From positions 1 through 38,132 of IMG/VR virus record IMGVR_UViG_3300027908_000014: DNA of 38,132 bases. One strand, given 5' to 3'. How positions within the stretch are numbered: the stretch's first letter is position 1; each line of letters starts with the position of its first letter. Of this stretch, positions 18,206-26,734 are shown one piece after another. Source of the DNA: a virus. The notes under the pieces are model-generated. The model ran no database searches. It saw nothing but the letters and a program-made list of their open reading frames with translations, and was not told the DNA's origin. The translations under genes were made by a program, and so were the position numbers.

Positions 18206-18207
18206 CG

Positions 18208-18966
18208 CTAGATCCGAGTCTGCGGCCCCGTGTCAGCCGACGCACCGCCACCGGCCAGGACGGCGGCCAACTGATCGCCCGACTCGGTTAAGTCCGGCTC
18301 GCGGTCCCCGCCCAGGCGGTCGTGGATGAGCTGGCGCATCGACTCCAACTCGGCCCGCATGTCCTCGTTCTCGCTCTGGAGTTTGTCGGTCAGGCGGCGC
18401 ATGTCCGAGTTCTCCTTGCCGGGCTCGGGGGCGTTGGGAACCGGGAAGGCCACCATGTCGGGCTGCTGGACCGGGAAGATTACCGGATCCCCCTCCATCG
18501 TGGTCACTTCCATCTTGGGGGCGTAGTCGACCAGCAGGTCGATCTTGTTGATGCCCGGGTAGTTGATCGGATCCTCGAACACGCCGTAGAGGCCGCACAG
18601 CCTCGTCAACTCCTCATGGCGGGTCACGCAGATGCCCCGCTGGCCGTCCTCGGTGTTGTACTTGACCACCTCGTTCTCCATCGAACGGGGGTCGCCCATC
18701 CGCATGGCGACGGCGGGGAAGGGGACATACCCCGTTTCCTGGGGCCGGATCGGGTAGCGGCGGCGGTCCCAGCGGAACTCCCAGGTCACGTCGTCGGTGT
18801 TCTTGACCGCCAGGATGTCGTGTTCGAGCAGGAACGGGCGGTCAGCCTTGCGAGCCTTGTGGCGGTCCTCGGGCTGGGAGACGACTCCGCGCGAGCGCAT
18901 CGGGATTACCGTCACCCCGCGCGAGCGGGGGGGGGCCGGGTCCATTGCGGGGGCGGGGATGGGCAT
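18208..18966 (-). CDS. Virion-module protein (252 aa)
   Basis: Track ORF with a strong SD (TAAGGAGAAG) before the ATG. Confidence 0.6.
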   Translation of the reverse strand: MPIPAPAMDPAPPRSRGVTVIPMRSRGVVSQPEDRHKARKADRPFLLEHDILAVKNTDDVTWEFRWDRRRYPIRPQETGYVPFPAVAMRMGDPRSMENEVVKYNTEDGQRGICVTRHEELTRLCGLYGVFEDPINYPGINKIDLLVDYAPKMEVTTMEGDPVIFPVQQPDMVAFPVPNAPEPGKENSDMRRLTDKLQSENEDMRAELESMRQLIHDRLGGDREPDLTESGDQLAAVLAGGGASADTGPQTRI

Positions 18967-18978
18967 TCGTTCTTCTCC

Positions 18979-20031
18979 TTAGCCGGGGATGAGGATCAGG
19001 GTACCAGCGGCACCGACAAGACCGACGACTCCACCGCCCGCACCAGCGGCCCCGCCAGCGCCACCGGCCACCGAGAGGGACGGGGCGTTCGATGTCAGGG
19101 CCGAGGTGTTGGCCGAGACGGCGTAAGGCTCGACTGAGGCCGACACGATGATGATGCACCCGCCGCCGCCGCCGCCGCCGCCCGAAGGGGTGCCGGTCGC
19201 GTTGGCTGCCCCACCCGCGCCGCCGATGCACTGGATGGTCCCGGTGCCGACCAGGGTCTTGGCCGCGATCACGATGATGCCCGCGCCACCGCCGCCCGCG
19301 CCCGAGAGGTTGGTTGAGTCGCCGCCGCCGCCGCCGCCGCCCGCGCCGCCTTGAAGCAGGGCGTAGGCAGTCGTGCCGAGGACGCGAGCCTGCAACGCCA
19401 GCGTGGAGGTGTACGGACCTTGGACCGTGGCGAGGGGCGCGGTGACCGTGCCACCGGCCGCCCCTGCGTTGGGGCCAGAGACGTTGGAGCCACCGGCTCC
19501 GCCAGCCCCGCCGAGGCCGTTGGTCCCGGACGACGACCCGGCGCTCCCGGTAGTGGTCGACCCCGCCGCACCGGCCGCACCGACCGTGGTGTTCGAGATC
19601 GTGCCCGAGTACGACAGAGCAGCGCCGGCAGCGTTGGCCACCCCGGCGTTCCCGTTCGAGTTGATGGCGCCGTTGACGGTCAAGAGGCCAGCGCAGAAGA
19701 TGCGGAAGCCCGAGGGCTTGATGGTCGTCCCAACCGGGATGATCGACCCACCGGCCAGATAGATGTCCCGGGTCATGGTGTAGACCCCACTCGACAGTGT
19801 GGCCCCGGCCACCGTGGTCGAGCCGGTCGAGATGAAGTTGCACTGGCCGTCAGCGCCGTCGCCGTACTGGCTCAGCGTCGAGCGGTACAGCGCGTGCTCG
19901 AAGATGTGCAGCAGGTTGTCGTCGGTGGTGATGTCGAGGGTGGTCGGGTTCGACCCGCCATCCGCGATGATGTTGCGCCAGATTTCCCCGAGCGTGATGG
20001 CGGTCGGGTTGCCTTGAATCTCAGACGGCAT
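18979..20031 (-). CDS. Glycine-rich beta-helix-like virion protein (350 aa), related in composition to the C-terminus of 6370..7518
   Basis: Contains QGGAGGGGGGGDSTNLSGAGGGGAGIIVIA...GGGGGGGGCIIIVS. Gly runs are encoded by (GCC)7 and (CCG)7 tracts on the plus strand. Confidence 0.6.
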   Translation of the reverse strand: MPSEIQGNPTAITLGEIWRNIIADGGSNPTTLDITTDDNLLHIFEHALYRSTLSQYGDGADGQCNFISTGSTTVAGATLSSGVYTMTRDIYLAGGSIIPVGTTIKPSGFRIFCAGLLTVNGAINSNGNAGVANAAGAALSYSGTISNTTVGAAGAAGSTTTGSAGSSSGTNGLGGAGGAGGSNVSGPNAGAAGGTVTAPLATVQGPYTSTLALQARVLGTTAYALLQGGAGGGGGGGDSTNLSGAGGGGAGIIVIAAKTLVGTGTIQCIGGAGGAANATGTPSGGGGGGGGCIIIVSASVEPYAVSANTSALTSNAPSLSVAGGAGGAAGAGGGVVGLVGAAGTLILIPG

Positions 20032-20045
20032 CTCTTACCTCTCGC

Positions 20046-20669
20046 TTACGGGATGTTGACGTTGACCCAGCACAGCTTCGGGCCGGTCGACACGGTGACC
20101 GCCTGCATGGCGACCCCGACACACGTGCCGTAGGTGCGGGTCGTGCCACCACTGTCCGAGCACTGTCCGGTGTGGAGGGAGGTGGTCGAGGGGATGATGG
20201 TGTGCCCGATGGTCGTGGTGTTGTCCACCAGCACCTGCATCAGCCCACGCTTGCCGACCATCGCCTGCATCGACGGGCCGACGCCCGAGACGGTGTTAGG
20301 CACGGCGTAGGCCGGGGCACCGAGCGATCCGACCCCGAGCAGGATGCCCGCGAGGTAGATGGTCGATGACACCGGGGCCAGATCGACATCAGCGACCGAC
20401 CAGTTGTACGGGAAGGTCGGGTTCCCCGAGTTGCCCGAGTCCCCCCCCTGGTTGGCCGATGCGCCATAGCCCAGCGGCGGGTACGACCCGACGCCCGCGG
20501 TGTTGAAGGTCAAGAGGGCACCGGGCACCCATGCGCCCGCCCCGGCGGCGGTCGGGAACACGATGGCTCCAGCCGAGGCCGGGTCGATGCCGAACGGCTC
20601 CCACAGCGCCTGGTATTCAGGCTGCTGGTTGAGGTTGCCGAGGGCGTTGTAACTGTTGGTCAGGGGCAC
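20046..20669 (-). CDS. Capsid-associated protein, possible decoration protein (207 aa)
   Basis: Immediately downstream of the major capsid gene. GTG start after AAGGAG. Confidence 0.45.
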   Translation of the reverse strand: MPLTNSYNALGNLNQQPEYQALWEPFGIDPASAGAIVFPTAAGAGAWVPGALLTFNTAGVGSYPPLGYGASANQGGDSGNSGNPTFPYNWSVADVDLAPVSSTIYLAGILLGVGSLGAPAYAVPNTVSGVGPSMQAMVGKRGLMQVLVDNTTTIGHTIIPSTTSLHTGQCSDSGGTTRTYGTCVGVAMQAVTVSTGPKLCWVNVNIP

Positions 20670-20678
20670 GGATTCTCC

Positions 20679-21644
20679 TTACGCCGTGAGGGCAGTGAAC
20701 TTGCAGTTCAGCTGGGGGTTGGTGCAGATGATGTTCCCGGCGACGTAGACCAGCGACGTGATGACGAACTGGTTGGTCGGCTGCTGGAACGGATGCACCA
20801 CGAAGTCACCGTTCTGGTTGATGACCAGTTCCCAGTAGTCGTCGTTGACGAAGAACAGGAGGCCCTCGATGCCGATCGGGTTGATGTGCTCGTCCACGAT
20901 CCAGGGCTGGTTTCGATACCAGCCACCCGAGAAGCCGCCGCTGGCAAAGGTCTGGTCCACCACAGCGGTCGGCTGGGTGTACTGGACCTGGGCCTGGAGG
21001 AGGTTCTCGTAGCGGGTCAGGTTCGAGCGGGTGGACACGGACAGCTTGGGGGCGCGGGCACCCTTGGTCCCGAGATCCCACAGCGAGTTCATGGAGGACA
21101 TCCCCAGCGTCGTGGTGGACGAGTCCACCTGGGCGTTGAGGAACGGGTACGACGACCGGGAGAGGCCACCGTAAGTCGGGGAGATGGTGCCGTTGTCGAT
21201 GACCTCGTAGACGCCATCGAACGCCTTGTAGTTGGACCCGTCCGACCAGACCCCGTAGGCCAGCTTGTCGCGCAAGTCCATCTTGGCGTTCTCGCACTGC
21301 TCGACCACGTAGTTGGCCACGGCGTACTCACTGTCAGCCCGGATCAACGAACGCTGGTCGATGGTGACGTTGGTGTAGTACTCCTTCCAATCCCAGGACC
21401 CCGAGATCTCCGTGTCGGACGGCTCGACGTTGAGCACCTCGGGGCCGTAGAAGGCCCCGCCGGTCGACCACGGCTGGTAGATGAACCGGGACTCGATATG
21501 GAGTCCTCCCCGGCGCACCACCTTGTTCTTTTTCCAGAGCCGCCACGTAAAGGGCGAACCCAGGTAGTACACATCGGTCGCCTCCTCTCGCAGAATCCTC
21601 CGAGAGATCGACGTGATTGTGTCTACCCCGCTGGGTGTGACCAT
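20679..21644 (-). CDS. Major capsid protein (321 aa)
   Basis: Position directly after the scaffold gene, typical size, SD GGAAGGAAG. The family call is from synteny and general resemblance only. Confidence 0.7.
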   Translation of the reverse strand: MVTPSGVDTITSISRRILREEATDVYYLGSPFTWRLWKKNKVVRRGGLHIESRFIYQPWSTGGAFYGPEVLNVEPSDTEISGSWDWKEYYTNVTIDQRSLIRADSEYAVANYVVEQCENAKMDLRDKLAYGVWSDGSNYKAFDGVYEVIDNGTISPTYGGLSRSSYPFLNAQVDSSTTTLGMSSMNSLWDLGTKGARAPKLSVSTRSNLTRYENLLQAQVQYTQPTAVVDQTFASGGFSGGWYRNQPWIVDEHINPIGIEGLLFFVNDDYWELVINQNGDFVVHPFQQPTNQFVITSLVYVAGNIICTNPQLNCKFTALTA

Positions 21645-21647
21645 CGG

Positions 21648-22691
21648 TTAGCTTCCTTCCCTTTCAGCGTTCATGCCGGCCATCAGTTGGCTGATCAAAC
21701 TCTGGCGTGACGACTCATCAATCCGCCCGTCCTCACGCGTGGTGATGGGGGCAGCCCGGGGCGCGTCGCCACCGGGCGAGGCCGCCGACGACAGGGCGGT
21801 CAGTGACCGCTTGCGCTCGGTCGATGCGGGCGAAGTGCCAGACGGCAGCGCCGTGACGGGGGCCGGTGCGGGAGCGCCCAGCACCTTGGCCAAGAGGGCG
21901 TCGTCGGAGCGCAGGACGAACTCAAGCGAACGGTTCATGGCCTCTTCGATGTTGTTGCCCGTCGTCGGCAAGAACGCCTCGGGCAACTTCTGCGCCGCGG
22001 CACGCTGGGCCACCGCTTGCATCTCGATCGGGGTCAGCTTGTCGCCGTAGCGGGCGGCGAAGGCGGCAGTCGCCGTGCGGGCGGCAGCCATGTTCCGCTC
22101 CTGCGCGGTGGCCTGATTCTGGACCTGCGTCGCTTGTGATTGTTCGAACAAGAGCCGCTGCGTCTCCTGCTGCTCGTTCCACAGTTGGGCTTCGAACGAG
22201 TCGGGGTCCACGTGCTCTGGCAGGGGCTTGGCGGCGAATGACGGGCGCTCAACCGGCGCTGGCGGGGCAACCGGCGGCGCGGCGGCGGGAACACCGAGGT
22301 ATGCCTGGCGCACGGCCAGGGCACGCTCGGGATCGGCCAGGGCCTGGCGGATGGCAGCCAGCTCTTGGCGCTCCAGGTCGGTCATCCCGTCGTCGGGGAC
22401 GGCAGGAACCCCGGCCTCGACTGTGGGGACGGCAGGAAGTGTGGCTACCGGCTCATCCACCACAGGCGCGGCCACTGGGGCTTGCACCACTCCACCCTCG
22501 GATGCCGGTGGCTCCCCCGAGGTATCGACAGGCGCAGGCGGGGCGGTGATGGGTGCCGCGCCACCGGGCTCACCAAGCGGCGGCCGGTCACGCAGAACTT
22601 GGGCGAGGGCACCGTCGAGCGCAGCGGGATCGAACGGCGTCTCGTTGTCCTCTAGGCCCGTCCCCCCGAACAGCTCACCAATCGAACTCAC
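21648..22691 (-). CDS. Scaffolding protein (347 aa)
   Basis: Ala/Pro/Glu/Gln-rich helical composition. Lies between portal-side genes and the capsid gene. GTGA overlap with the upstream stop. Confidence 0.55.
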   Translation of the reverse strand: MSSIGELFGGTGLEDNETPFDPAALDGALAQVLRDRPPLGEPGGAAPITAPPAPVDTSGEPPASEGGVVQAPVAAPVVDEPVATLPAVPTVEAGVPAVPDDGMTDLERQELAAIRQALADPERALAVRQAYLGVPAAAPPVAPPAPVERPSFAAKPLPEHVDPDSFEAQLWNEQQETQRLLFEQSQATQVQNQATAQERNMAAARTATAAFAARYGDKLTPIEMQAVAQRAAAQKLPEAFLPTTGNNIEEAMNRSLEFVLRSDDALLAKVLGAPAPAPVTALPSGTSPASTERKRSLTALSSAASPGGDAPRAAPITTREDGRIDESSRQSLISQLMAGMNAEREGS

Positions 22692-23092
22692 GACGCGTCA
22701 TCCGCGCCGACAGCGGCCAGTTGACGGAGCGAGTCGGCGTCCATGCCGCCGCTTCCGCCGCCGGGACCCGAACTGAGGCCACCCGACGCCGCCGCGCTCG
22801 GGCCTTGGGGACTCGCGCCTTGAAGGCCAGCGAGTCCACCCATGAGGCCACCGCCGCCTGCAGCAGGAGGTGCACCACCTGGAGCAGCACCGCTCGGAGC
22901 AGGCGGTTGACCCGGCTGGCCACCGACCTTGAGCTTGCCGTGGATGAGGTCGAGGACATCGGTCTGGAGCTTCATCAGTTCGCCCGCGGCCTGGGTGGCG
23001 TCGGGTGCCTTCATGGTGTCGGTGATGGCACTGAGGACGTTGCCCAGCCCCTCAGCTACCGACGCCGGCCCTGATGATTTGCTCGTCGCCAT
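22688..23092 (-). CDS. Low-complexity Gly/Ala/Pro-rich protein (134 aa)
   Basis: Track ORF, coupled to the scaffold gene. Confidence 0.5.
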   Translation of the reverse strand: MATSKSSGPASVAEGLGNVLSAITDTMKAPDATQAAGELMKLQTDVLDLIHGKLKVGGQPGQPPAPSGAAPGGAPPAAGGGGLMGGLAGLQGASPQGPSAAASGGLSSGPGGGSGGMDADSLRQLAAVGADDAS

Positions 23093-23094
23093 CT

Positions 23095-23253
23095 CTAGAG
23101 GTCGGGGTTGTCCCGGACTTCTGGAATCTTGCCCATCACCATCGGGTCAGCACCCCATGCGGTCGTTTCGGTCTGACCTTGCCGCATGATGTTGGCCTTG
23201 CCCTTGGGCTGGGGGCCGTAGTTCGGGCCTACCTGGTTTCCACCATCTGCCAT
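23095..23253 (-). CDS. Small ORF (52 aa, MADGGNQVGPNYGPQPKGKANIMRQGQTETTAWGADPMVMGKIPEVRDNPDL)
   Basis: Not in the track (<60 aa). AGGAGG lies 7 nt before the ATG. The stop TAG is 2 nt before the next ATG. Confidence 0.5.
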   Translation of the reverse strand: MADGGNQVGPNYGPQPKGKANIMRQGQTETTAWGADPMVMGKIPEVRDNPDL

Positions 23254-23278
23254 TTTCGGACCTCCTGGTCTGGCGCGG

Positions 23279-23308
23279 ATAGTACACGCGGTACACGATC
23301 ATTGCACG
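23279..23308 (-). promoter_or_regulatory. Candidate promoter of the capsid-assembly block, overlapped by copy R6 of the 19-bp motif
   Basis: On the minus strand: -35 GTGCAA, 17 bp, -10 TACTAT, then an AGGAGG-led ORF. Nt 23290..23308 read CGTGCAATGATCGTGTACC, 17/19 identical to the copy at 32633..32651. Confidence 0.4.
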
Positions 23309-23315
23309 CGGACGC

Positions 23316-23357
23316 GGAAATGCCCGCCCTACGCAACAAACCCGGGCGGCCATTTCC
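23316..23357 (-). other. 14-bp stem hairpin (one mismatch) between two transcription blocks; possible attenuator or processing site
   Basis: ggaaatgcccgccc (23316..23329) pairs with gggcggccatttcc (23344..23357), with a 14-nt loop. There is no U-tract, so it is not a canonical intrinsic terminator. Confidence 0.4.
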
Positions 23358-23375
23358 AGTAACGGAAGGGGGGAG

Positions 23376-23594
23376 TTACCGACCCTTCCGTCCGTGCTTA
23401 CGGTGGCCCTTACGACCACGTGCGCGTGCACCCATGCTGTCACCTCCTCTCGATGAGGAGCGGGGTTTCCGCTTGGAATCCCGCTGCTGGCGAAGTGCGG
23501 CGGCGACAGACTGAGACTGGCTGTGGCCAGCGTCCATCATCTCGGAAATGTTAGAACTGACGGTTTTGCGACTGGTGCCCTTCGACAGCGGCAC
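23376..23594 (-). CDS. Small basic protein (72 aa)
   Basis: The N-terminus MPLSKGTSRKTVSSNISEMMDAGHSQSQSVAAAL resembles a widespread short-protein pattern (MP..KG.S....S.NI......G....Q..AIAL). This is from memory and unverified. GTG start. Confidence 0.55.
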   Translation of the reverse strand: MPLSKGTSRKTVSSNISEMMDAGHSQSQSVAAALRQQRDSKRKPRSSSRGGDSMGARARGRKGHRKHGRKGR

Positions 23595-23600
23595 GGCCGT

Positions 23601-23825
23601 CTAGCCCTGCCTACCGTCGTAGTGGTTGTCCGGGTCCATGACCCCGACATCGCCCTGTGGACCGCAGAAGAACTCGTCGGGGTTCAGCGACGCGTTGCGG
23701 GTGACCCGCCCCATGTCGTCGGACCCCTCCCCGATCAGTGCGCCCCGGCCCGTCGAGAGGATGGACCCACGGCCCTCGGTGGACATTTCGTGGGATATCG
23801 AAGTTCCGTTGACAGCGTGGTCCAT
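23601..23825 (-). CDS. Hypothetical protein (74 aa)
   Basis: Track ORF with protein-like composition. Confidence 0.5.
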   Translation of the reverse strand: MDHAVNGTSISHEMSTEGRGSILSTGRGALIGEGSDDMGRVTRNASLNPDEFFCGPQGDVGVMDPDNHYDGRQG

Positions 23826-23841
23826 GTTCTGACTCTACCCC

Positions 23842-24045
23842 CTACGCCGCCGGCTGGCGCTGCCCGTTGCGCCAGGTCGACCACCGCGGGCCCGAGCGTG
23901 CCCAAAAGGCGTCGATCAGGACCAGGACGGCGATGATGATGAAGATGACCCCGAGCACCTTGGGGCTGATGGTGGCCCAGCCACCTGTGACCAGGCCCCA
24001 CAGGAAGAATCCAACGGCGACGGCGACGGCACTCAGTGGTCCCAT
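23842..24045 (-). CDS. Small membrane protein, two hydrophobic spans (67 aa)
   Basis: Start taken at ATG 24045 (MGPLSAVAVAVGFFLWGLVTGGW...VIFIIIAVLVLIDAF). The track start at 24114 adds an unlikely N-terminus. Confidence 0.5.
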   Translation of the reverse strand: MGPLSAVAVAVGFFLWGLVTGGWATISPKVLGVIFIIIAVLVLIDAFWARSGPRWSTWRNGQRQPAA

Positions 24046-24055
24046 GTCGCAGAGG

Positions 24056-24154
24056 TTACACCCAACGGCGGATGGCGACCAGTGCCGCCACCGCGGCCCC
24101 GTAGACGAATCCAACTGCCCCGACTGCCCCGATCACGATGTACTTAGTGCGCAT
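24056..24154 (-). CDS. Mini membrane ORF (32 aa, MRTKYIVIGAVGAVGFVYGAAVAALVAIRRWV)
   Basis: Found by hand. Its ATG overlaps the portal 3' end by 11 nt. GC3 is about 78%, and it has a single hydrophobic helix. Confidence 0.4.
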   Translation of the reverse strand: MRTKYIVIGAVGAVGFVYGAAVAALVAIRRWV

Positions 24155-25949
24155 GGCCCGTACCTGGTCCCTTCGGTTGTCCCTTCCCACCCCCGCTCAT
24201 GGCGGCGAGGATGGCCTGTTTCTGGCGCTCGGCGTCGTTGCGCTTCTTGACCGACTGCCAGTGCGAGACGCGGTACGCCTGGAGGACGTACTGCTCGTCC
24301 ACCACCCCCATCTCGAAGAGTTGGTTGGCCTCTGCGATCCGCGCCGCGCGGCTGGTCGGCTTGGACGACCCGGCGTTGACCAGGAGGGAGAATCGCATAG
24401 GCGAAGGGCCATCGGGACCAGGCGTGTAGAAGTGGTTGGCGCTGAGCTTGACCGAATCCATCTCGCCCTCGGGGCCGACGATGGCGACAGTGCGTGGCAC
24501 GTCGTAGTTGATGATGATGAGGTTGATGACCAGCTCGAACGCCTTGCGCAGGGAGAGCTCCAAGTTGCGCTGGGCCGAGCGGATGCGGATGAAACCGGCC
24601 TCTTGGGTGGCCGACACCTGCTTGTCGGTGGCCCGGCCCGAGGGGATCTCGCCCCGCTGCCCGCCCTGGAGTCCGGCGATCCGCTCGATCTCGTCACGCC
24701 AAAAGCCCATGAACTCCATCAGGAGATTGGGCAGACTCGGAGGGTTGAGCCACGACGGCTTGGCGTTCTGCGCGTTGGGGCCGCCGTCGACATCGTAGAT
24801 GCGACCCGGGCGGTTGATGAACGTCGAGCGGTCCATCCCTGAGTTCTTGACGCCGACGAAGATCGGGTTCCCGGTGTACTCGATGTTGTTCTGCGTCAGC
24901 GCCAGCAGCCGGTTGAGGGCCACCTGGCACGGCCCGATATCACGGACCAGCGGGTCGCCCCACAACTCGCCCGTCTCGACGTCGACGTAGCGGACGTAGG
25001 GGTGGCGGTTGGAGTGAAACAGGTTGGACGCCAACTCGTCCAAGAGGATGCGGCCGCCCGAGTAGACGATGACCCGCCACTCGGTGACCACCACGTCCTC
25101 AGGTGGCATGGTCGGATCGGCTGGCTGGATGTGCTCGACGTAGTTCTCTTTCAGCCAGCACTCGTACACGTTGACCGCCCGGAACGGCTGCTCGCCGTAG
25201 GGCTGCTGGGTGCCGCCCGGAGGCCCCCAGGTGGTCGGGCCACCACCGGCATCGACAGGGATCAGCACTCCTTGCTTGGGCACGTTCTGCTCTTGGGACG
25301 GCGAGATGTGGTCCTTACTCACGTCCCCTGAGATCAGGGCGGCGGCCACCTTGGACTTGGACACCTGGGGGAAGCGGCGCTCGATCTCGCTCGGGGTCAT
25401 GGTGTGGACCTCGGTGATGTACTCGGCGTCCTCTAGAGACTCGGCGTAAGGGTCGATGTAGATGCACCACGGCGAGGTGGACTTCATCACCACGTTGCCG
25501 AGGCCGCCTTCGAGCCCCTGGTCCCACCCGACCTTGAGGAATCCGACCCCGTACATGGCGCTGTTCCACAGCATCTTGACGATCTCGGCGTACCACTGGT
25601 CGGTCTGGTACACGCTGTTGACCAGGCACTCAAGCTGCTCGGCCAGCATGTCTTGGACGGCGAAGTACGGCGAGAAGGGGTCGGCGGCGGGGGTCACGGA
25701 GCAGGAGATCTCCTGGTCAGTCATCCACCCGATGCGCGAGTCGATGGTCGGGAAGATCTCGTTCGCCCTGATGCCCTCGGCGGCGGGAAGGGCCGACGAT
25801 GCCCGGTTCTTGGTCAGGCGGTAGTTCCGCTTCCACTCGTTGAGCATGTTGCCCTTGGCCTGCTTGGCCAGGGTGTATATCTGCGTCAGCTGGTTGACGA
25901 ACGCCCACTCGTCATAGGCGGGCGGCCGGGTGACCTCGACCATCGTCAT
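24144..25949 (-). CDS. Portal protein (601 aa)
   Basis: Size and position (first large gene after TerL, before scaffold and capsid). ATGA overlap with the upstream gene. Confidence 0.75.
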   Translation of the reverse strand: MTMVEVTRPPAYDEWAFVNQLTQIYTLAKQAKGNMLNEWKRNYRLTKNRASSALPAAEGIRANEIFPTIDSRIGWMTDQEISCSVTPAADPFSPYFAVQDMLAEQLECLVNSVYQTDQWYAEIVKMLWNSAMYGVGFLKVGWDQGLEGGLGNVVMKSTSPWCIYIDPYAESLEDAEYITEVHTMTPSEIERRFPQVSKSKVAAALISGDVSKDHISPSQEQNVPKQGVLIPVDAGGGPTTWGPPGGTQQPYGEQPFRAVNVYECWLKENYVEHIQPADPTMPPEDVVVTEWRVIVYSGGRILLDELASNLFHSNRHPYVRYVDVETGELWGDPLVRDIGPCQVALNRLLALTQNNIEYTGNPIFVGVKNSGMDRSTFINRPGRIYDVDGGPNAQNAKPSWLNPPSLPNLLMEFMGFWRDEIERIAGLQGGQRGEIPSGRATDKQVSATQEAGFIRIRSAQRNLELSLRKAFELVINLIIINYDVPRTVAIVGPEGEMDSVKLSANHFYTPGPDGPSPMRFSLLVNAGSSKPTSRAARIAEANQLFEMGVVDEQYVLQAYRVSHWQSVKKRNDAERQKQAILAAMSGGGKGQPKGPGTGHAH

Positions 25950-26212
25950 GAGCGCCTCACCACGTGGTAGTACTTGCAGACGATTTCAACCTCAAGAGCG
26001 GTACGCGGCCTCGCCAATGCGTCATAGGTCCACACGTCATAGAGCAAGAGTTTGGTGTGCTTTCCGGTGACGACCTTCTCCACTCGATTGGCGAGGTACG
26101 TCATGCCCATCGCCTCCACCGAATAGCGATACTCGGAACTCATCGTTACTGCTTCGCGCCAAAGAGCTAGGTCATTTTCAGTCCGCCACTCCTCGGCCTC
26201 GGCGTCACTCAC
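25946..26212 (-). CDS. Hypothetical protein (88 aa)
   Basis: Track ORF. GTG start in a GTGA overlap with the 51-aa ORF. Confidence 0.55.
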   Translation of the reverse strand: MSDAEAEEWRTENDLALWREAVTMSSEYRYSVEAMGMTYLANRVEKVVTGKHTKLLLYDVWTYDALARPRTALEVEIVCKYYHVVRRS

Positions 26213-26364
26213 GATGCAGACTCTAAACAGAAATACCGAGTCCAGCCCTTGAACGTGCCATCGACCTCGGTTTTGGCTCCGTGGTCATCCATGTGCCTGT
26301 GACAGGAATCGCAGATCGGTTGGCCATCCACGATGACGAACACGGCGTCCTTGGTCTTAGACAT
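26209..26364 (-). CDS. Small Cys/His-containing ORF (51 aa, MSKTKDAVFVIVDGQPICDSCHRHMDDHGAKTEVDGTFKGWTRYFCLESAS)
   Basis: Not in the track. Strong SD (GGGAGAAGGAGC) before the ATG. Coupled at both ends. Confidence 0.55.
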   Translation of the reverse strand: MSKTKDAVFVIVDGQPICDSCHRHMDDHGAKTEVDGTFKGWTRYFCLESAS

Positions 26365-26731
26365 GCTCCTTCTCCCAGTTCGCCTTCACGGTCGGTTCGA
26401 GATCCTCGGCGCGGACATCGGTCGAGTAGCCGTGCAGCTCGGCCAGCCCCTCCATGTCGCGGGCGTCGACGGTATCGAGCACGACGTCCATGCCCAACTC
26501 CTCGGACTCGCGCTCTTGGCCGGCGTGGAGCAGGGAGCGGAACTGGGCGTCGTTCTCGACGTACTGGCCGACGACGGGATCCCAGCGCCCCTGGTGCTTG
26601 AGGCTGGCCTTGTTGACCGAGAACGAGCGCAACCGCTTGGCCCGGTTGCCACATTCGAGGTCAACGATCGAGTCGGCGCAGACCTCGGACTCGATGATGC
26701 CGTGGCGGGGGCACACGTAGGCGTAGTTCAT
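26357..26731 (-). CDS. Hypothetical protein with an N-terminal Cys cluster (124 aa)
   Basis: Track ORF (MNYAYVCPRHGIIESEVCADSIVDLECGN...). Lies between TerL and portal. Confidence 0.55.
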   Translation of the reverse strand: MNYAYVCPRHGIIESEVCADSIVDLECGNRAKRLRSFSVNKASLKHQGRWDPVVGQYVENDAQFRSLLHAGQERESEELGMDVVLDTVDARDMEGLAELHGYSTDVRAEDLEPTVKANWEKEHV

Positions 26732-26734
26732 CGG

